Source of the DNA: Hormiphora californensis
Taxonomy: Eukaryota; Animalia; Ctenophora
Assembly: GCA_020137815.1 (NCBI GenBank)
Contig: CM035356.1
Location: forward strand, 5,456,001-5,520,000
Length of the DNA: 64,000 nucleotides
Reading direction: 5' to 3'
Part shown: in pieces, positions 57,796 through 64,000 of the stretch
Layout of the letters: each line of letters opens with the position of its first letter
Numbering within the stretch: the stretch's first letter is position 1
Position numbers and translations under genes: made by a program
The notes under the pieces: generated by a model
Databases searched by the model: none
What the model saw: only the letters and a program-made list of their open reading frames with translations
What the model was told of the DNA's origin: nothing

Positions 57796-60189
57796 TATCC
57801 ACGAAATCTATTGACTACTTGAAACAGAAACTAAGCTTTTTGGCTGGGAAAGATTGCATCTAAAGGCAACAATATATTTGACGTACGCTCGGTTATGATA
57901 TCCGGACCATTAAGAGGGTTCTCTTATAAACTGAAAAATGGTCACTAACATATCAAAAAACCATTACTCTCCTTCTCTCTGACATGAATAGTTAGATCTC
58001 TAATTTGTTACTGTATTAATCACTGATGCATTGTTTCCTCTTCAATAGGCAGCATAACTATCTGATCAGTAGCATTTGGCCACTATCCAATCATCACAAT
58101 AAATTTCACAATGTTCGGTATCACTACCCTCTACAATGACCATCAACTTCAGCATCCGACTACTGTTTTTATAACCTGACCATTGAAACCTAAAAAAATG
58201 CTATGTTACGAGCTACCGGTATAAATCGAGCAACGTGTCCACGAAACTACTAAGGGGGCCAGGCTGCGTTCTTATGTACTCACGGTACAATTAAGAGGGT
58301 TTCAAATATTCGAAAAAAAAAGGCTCTATCTCAGACGTCTGTACAGAGCAAGACTCTCTCGTGAGTGGATTTTTGGACAAAAAACTTTAAAGTCTGTGAA
58401 ATTCTCTCCAAAGTCTTAGCTGTTGGTACCATCAGCTTTTACAAAAATTACAAGTGGCCTGCATTAAACTCAGAGATTATTCTTTGATACCCCAATGACT
58501 AAAGATCGCGCGTATTCTAGTACCCCGGCACAGGGATACTGTGATCATGAAAACGTGGCTCCAATAAACAAAAAAAACATTCACACACGTTCGATGTGAG
58601 ACGGTATGGCCCTTTTTTCGACTATACCTTTGTTTTTCGACAACTCGAAAGCAGATGTGTATGAACCTTTTTCTTACGATACTAGACCGGACACCCATTT
58701 TGGAACACTTTAGTTTTTTGTGTGTGGTTACTGTGTTCATATTTTCGCTGTTAAACATGCGTGGACGTCCTGAGTGAGAGCCATGGGACGTTCGTGCCGC
58801 TCTTACTATATGCCGTTTCTATGCATAAAGCATGAGCTACACAAAAATGGGGTGGACATGTTGAATAGTACACTTCTTGCTTTCAAGGGACTGACCCTTG
58901 TTGTAAACCAATTGATCCAACTCAATTTTGTGGGATTTTACTCCCTTCCTTCTCCCGGTAGCAAAGGCCACTCGTACAAAACCACCTACCCAAACGTGAT
59001 GGACGTGGACGTGCTGGGCTGCGCCTAATAAGCGTCGGTTCGGCTCTAGACCGCAGCCTCATATGGCCTAACACGTCAGTATCGGGTATGTGGTTTGTAG
59101 CACTGTACCCCATGGGTAATGTTAAGAACCGCGGGCAGCGAAAATCTAAAATACCTAAAAAACGTCTTGCCCCAAGACGGTTCAACTTCCCTACATTTCC
59201 AATTTGGTATCGAAGACACCTCACCTCACACTCTGTACGCCGGGCGTACTATTCGCTGCGCGCTCTTGGCAAGGCGGTTGGTAACGTGGTCACAACCAAC
59301 ATTTCAATACCTGATTTGTGGAACCAATTCATGCTCCATATCTGGAGCGAACCGCCCTGAAAAAACTAGACCTTAGCAACCAAGGCCGTCACGAGGCCAG
59401 AAGAAGAGAGAATGAGAGAGGAGAAGTAGAGAAACAGAGAAGAGAAGAGAGATAGAGAGGCAGGGAGAGGAACATACACCTCCGACCCCCCCCACACCAC
59501 AAATACGCAATATACTAACTCACCACCTCCCACCAGAAAACGCCTCGAGAAACCCTATCACCCCACATTATAAGAAGTGACAGAGACACCTAAGGATTAG
59601 AAACCCTACCAAGAATGAGAGAGAAAGAGAAGAAGAAGGAAGTAAGCAGCCGAAGAGAGGAGCGAGCGCCAGAGCAGAGAGCTAGGAGAGAGCGGAGAAA
59701 GCCAGAGAGAGAGAACAGAGAAGATGCGGAGCGTAGGAGAGCTCGAGATGCGAGTAGATTCGAGCGCGAGAGTCTCGAGAGCTCGCGCTAGAGCTGGCGG
59801 CGCGATCGCGCGCTAGCAGGAGCGAGCGCTCGCTCGCGCGCGCGCGCGCGCGCGCGCTGCGCCTCTCTCGCGCGCTCTCACCTACCTAGCTTTCACGGCA
59901 AATGATTTTACCAATTTAACCACGCACCATCGTTATTGGTATTACGGAGCCAGTCGATTGCTCCAACAAACAAAGGGAGTTGTTTTGTTCAAACCCGGGG
60001 TGCGGTGCGAGACAGCTGATCGATACAAGACAACAAAGGGGATCAATCCAATATTGTCCAATCACCTAACAGAAACTCTGCTACTACTACATGGTATATA
60101 AACCCCGACCCCGTTATAGTGAGCTACTATTATTTGTTGAGCTACGTATACCCTCCGTTGTTACACTGTACTAACTTACAGCTTCAGAG

Positions 60190-62020
60190 ATGAATAGTAC
60201 ACCCCGACTCTGGGAGAAGCCCCTGCCCCTGCAGCGTCAAAACTCCAACAAGAATGACTTTATTGATTCTGATTTCATTACCAAACTTAGAGGACTGCCC
60301 AATTTGCTGCCCGAAGGATTGGAATGGGTTGACTACTTGCCCTCTATGGCCAAAGCAGCAGCCGCTTTTTACCATCGGAACTTCATGAGTGGCACAGGTA
60401 CTAATATTGGTGACATATAGACACCTGTGTGTGAGCTCAATCTTGGTCGCGCCAGGTGTCTATGTCACCAAGTACTAATAACGTTTGGACGATATAGTAC
60501 TGCTTGGCTGCTTGCACTTTATTTATATGTGCTATAACACCGGTGTGTATCTGTATATCGCGCCCCACGCGGGGCGTGATATGCACGCATATCGGCTCCT
60601 TGCGGAGCAAGGAGACGATATGCAATATATCGCCCCGAACGTAGTGAGGGCGATATATTTGATACACATAAGGTGTTATAGCATATAACGCCCACTGCAA
60701 GCAAGGAGAGAACAACACTAATCCCCTTTCAAGTTTTTAAACTCAATTTGACAAACTATTCAACATCATCAAAGTTTCACAGTTTAACAACAAATAATGA
60801 CACAGCGAGAGAGAGGTAACACAACTCATGTCAACCCTTCAAATATGTTCCCTTTTCAACTCCAGACATGTCTATACATGTCTAGACACTCACACACACA
60901 CAAGCGAACTATTGGGTGCTAATTAAATAGAGAGAGATAACGATTACCAATGTCTCTCTTGTCTCTCTCTCTTGTCGCCATTCTGCCGCCCCTTGTTGTG
61001 TCAATCTCTCTCTATTTGCAACAGTGTGTACACACAAACAAAAGAAAGAGTTTTCACACCTTTTTGGGCGAATTCTTGCGTGTAATAAACTGCACTTTTA
61101 TAGCGGGAGTTATGAGATTTATCACTTCGGGTTCAGTCATATCAGCCCGCTACCGCGCGGGTGTTATTTCTCCAAAAAATGCGCAGTGGGCGTTATATGA
61201 TTTTATATCAACTGGGATTAGGTCCCTGGTTTAGCTAGATTGAAGCTTTTAGGAGGGGTAATTGAACAATAATGAAGAACTTAATAATGACTGATAGAGA
61301 GATGAAGAACTGTCAAAAAAGCGAGTTATAAATAGTCAAGGAACGAATTGTACTTATTGATTCTGTTGAACGAATTGTAGATAGTTATATAGATGCAGTA
61401 TCTAGCGAATATAATATCAAAAGTGCTTTATCATTCTCTGTCAGTTTAAGATATAATTTTAGCCACAGATTTTAAATTTAATCAATGATATAAAGCATCA
61501 ATCTTGATAGCAGCCACACCCACCCGCCCTTTCTTTCACCAAAGCAACTTTCAGTTAAAAGGGTTTAAATCTAAAAAGTCTAACGAGATAATCATAAATG
61601 GTTGTCGGACGTCGGTTGAACTGACAGAAGTTATAAATCGATATTTTTTGAAAAGCGATCTATAGCGATAGATCATTATAATGATAACTATTATCCCTGT
61701 CAGATAAGGTTCCAGAACAGTTTGAAGAATACATCTCGTGGCGTCTCTCAGCGAGCCCCGCCCACCTTATTCTTATGATAGGTAAATATATAGCACTTGA
61801 TATCTTGGTCTTCAACCTCAGTTTCAAGCTACTTGAATTCGAAAGCCAATACTTATATTAGCTAATTACACTTAACTTAACTTCTACTAAGTTAAAATTA
61901 AACCCTGACAATGTTACAGGGTGTAGTAGTGGTGGTGGCGATGGTGACGATACAATCAGGGTGCCCCACAAGGGTGGGAGTGTTTCTATAATTGGTATGA
62001 TGATCAGCGAGAGCTTCCAG
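60190..62020 (+). CDS. Candidate partial spliced gene (two exons), product unknown
   Basis: 60190-60397 (CTAAC..TTCAG acceptor upstream, CAG|GTA donor, phase 1) joins 61920-62020 in frame; terminal exon not identified. Confidence 0.35.
60524..60688. repeat. Long imperfect palindrome (MITE-like)
   Basis: TGCTATAACACC..TATATCGC..CATATCG..CTCCTTGC / GCAAGGAG..CGATATG..GCGATATA..GGTGTTATAGCA. Confidence 0.6.
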
Positions 62021-62642
62021 GTGCGTACTATTACCTTCCACCTAATTTAAATAGTAATTGACACCTAATTACTATACTATCCTATCACCTTATTGATACC
62101 TAATTGACCTAAATTTGAAGGGGCTGGAGCTATAGGAAACATATCAGAAAATTGAGCCTGGGGCATTTTGTATGGGTTTTTGGCCTACAATACAGTCCTC
62201 TGTTTGACCATCAATAACACAGGCAACTGCACCCTGTAAAGCAAACCAACCAGACCTGAATTAAGATACGTACTGCCCCTAAGGGTAATATATAGTAGAT
62301 CGAGTAGTCTTGATAAGTCTCAACAAAATGGACTGAGTGTGAAGTATTGCACCCCAGCCCCTTTTTATATCTCACCATGTCCCCCTCACGTGAGCGTGGT
62401 ATGCCCCCCCCCAGTTAATAGTTAAGCTGTCTTGAATACGAGCTCAATAATGCCAGACAAGTTAGGGGAAGTGTTTAAAATTTGGGGGTGATAACATAAT
62501 GTCTCATGCTATCGAATCCCCCTATTGGCTTGTAGAACTTACATGTGTCAGACACTCCGTCATGTATCTATCATTCTATCAGCTAGGTGGGTATATATTT
62601 ATGAAATAAATTTACAAAAACAAACAAGGAAGTTTAGTTCAA

Positions 62643-62691
62643 CAGTTTACACATGTTTCAATACAAAACAAATTGTATTTCATCAGAACTG
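62643..62691 (-). ncRNA. Minimal type I hammerhead ribozyme downstream of the Penelope-like ORF
   Basis: CAGTT-CTGATGA-AATACAA-TTTGTT-TTGTATT-GAAA-C-ATGT-GTA-AACTG: helix I CAGTT/AACTG, 7-bp helix II, short helix III, GUA cleavage triplet. Confidence 0.85.
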
Positions 62692-62746
62692 AATCACACT
62701 TGTCCCGTTCCAGGTTTCTTGCTTGCTCCTTCATAAAGCCATCCAA

Positions 62747-63820
62747 TCAGAGATTGTATTTCTTGTGATGTCTGCAACTACCCATGATCTCGCTTCTCCG
62801 ATTTAGGAGTTGGTGGTTCCTGGACTCCATCAAAATCTCCATCTTTTCGGTAGTGCACAGGTCACAGAACCGGTCCCCAATTCTGTACGGTCTTCCCTTT
62901 TTCCTCACTTTCCAAGTGATCCCGAATGTGACCCCCTTGTCTTTCAACTCCCACACCTTTTCAGACAGCCTTGTAGATGTTCTTTTTTCGGGGTTGTTGA
63001 ATGTGTGCTTGTGCTGGCTGAATCGGGTTTTAAATGAGTTCCCTGTTAACCTGATGTAGAGAAATTTCTGGTTGCAGTTGGTCTTCAGTTGAGCTTCGTA
63101 TACCAATGATTCGGTGAGGCACTTTCCATCCAATGGACAACTTCCCTTGTCCTTACAGTTGCATAATTTATCAGGCACATCCGTTGGTTTCGGGCCCCCA
63201 TGTGTTAGTTTTTTATTGTGGGCCTTTATCCTCGATTCCATGTTTTTCATGCAACTGTATGATACCTTGAGAGTGTTTTTGTTGAAGATCTGGCTGTAAA
63301 TGTGTCCTGCTGGAAAGTGTCTTGCCACTAAACCAAGAAACTTTCGTCCCAGGTCCGTTTCAACATCCACAGAAAATGGTGGGTTAAACCATATTACCCT
63401 TCGCCGTCCTTTCCTTTTCCTTTTCCCTTTTCTCGCAACGTCTTTATATTCTGTTGAGAAGCCCTTGTAACCACTCTGCTCCAAAGCTCCTTGGTAGTGA
63501 TATCGTGCCGCTTGGAAAGCACTTGGACTGGATGACAATCGTCTTATGCGATCCATTACCATGTCAGGGATGTTCTTCAGCACAGTTGGCGGATGGTTGG
63601 ATGAGCTATGAACATAATTCGAGGTTTTTCCATCCTTTCGAAATGGCATGAATGTACCATCATTTCTCATCGTGGTGTCAAGAAAGTTGATGTACTCTGA
63701 TGGCATTGATACCTCGATTTTCAACCCTTCCTCCTGGAAGATTGATATTAAATCTTTCCTGATCCTCTCCATTTTGGGTCCGTTTGGCTCTTCCACGATG
63801 ATCAACCCATCATCCCTGTA
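62747..63820 (-). mobile_element. 5'-truncated Penelope-like retroelement (RT C-terminus plus GIY-YIG endonuclease)
   Basis: Begins at YRDDGL (63820); INFLD, YVHSSSNHP, WFNPPFS, KVSYSC, CNC..CPL.G.C, LVY..YIR, CDLC..EK, LLN..CRH motifs. Confidence 0.92.
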
Positions 63821-64000
63821 CCTAATACTACTTGTATTATAGTTATCATGTCAAGTACTGTAAAAGCTGATACCGCGGGTGAAAATTATCGCACCGCAAA
63901 ATAACCACTTTTACAGTACAAATAAGATTTTGGATGCAATTTAACTAGCTAACACCCTCCCATGTTCCCATACCAAATTAAACTTGGTCGATTAAACAAT

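Noticed and set aside
59400-59880. GA/GC-rich stretch as a CpG island or regulatory element
   Set aside because: Looks like an error-garbled (GA)n microsatellite in a noisy region.
62747-63805. Selenocysteine-recoded Penelope ORF
   Set aside because: No in-frame TGA at the conserved Cys positions in this copy.

Overview
Eukaryotic (metazoan) genomic DNA; the repeat families resemble ones I associate with ctenophores, which is an inference. Contents from left to right: (i) the 5' part of a spliced class-A GPCR gene (minus, 2669-1) with a head-to-tail Helitron-like array in intron 1; (ii) a repeat-rich stretch of MITEs, (GA)n tracts and palindromes, with two homopolymer-garbled, probably low-quality blocks (~5950-11400, ~22900-25700); (iii) two spliced orphan genes (28306-30277 plus, 35985-32970 minus); (iv) a second complete 7-exon class-A GPCR (minus, 44881-36745) whose TM6-exon splice acceptor is amplified into ~70 tandem 48-bp copies; (v) nested foldback/TIR elements (46-50 kb); (vi) an intronless replication-dependent histone quartet (H2B-, H2A+, H3-, H4+; no H1 seen) between ~1-kb inverted repeats, next to a tRNA-like Pol III unit; (vii) a 5'-truncated Penelope-like retroelement with a hammerhead ribozyme. 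Two observations stand out. First, all four histone 3'UTRs carry an extra, sequence-unrelated 9-12-bp hairpin ending 5-6 nt before the canonical stem-loop, plus a weaker hairpin over the stop codon. Second, intronic tandem repeats in three genes are amplified splice signals (acceptors, donors, branch points). All gene models were read by eye from GT-AG sites and frame continuity, without transcript evidence.
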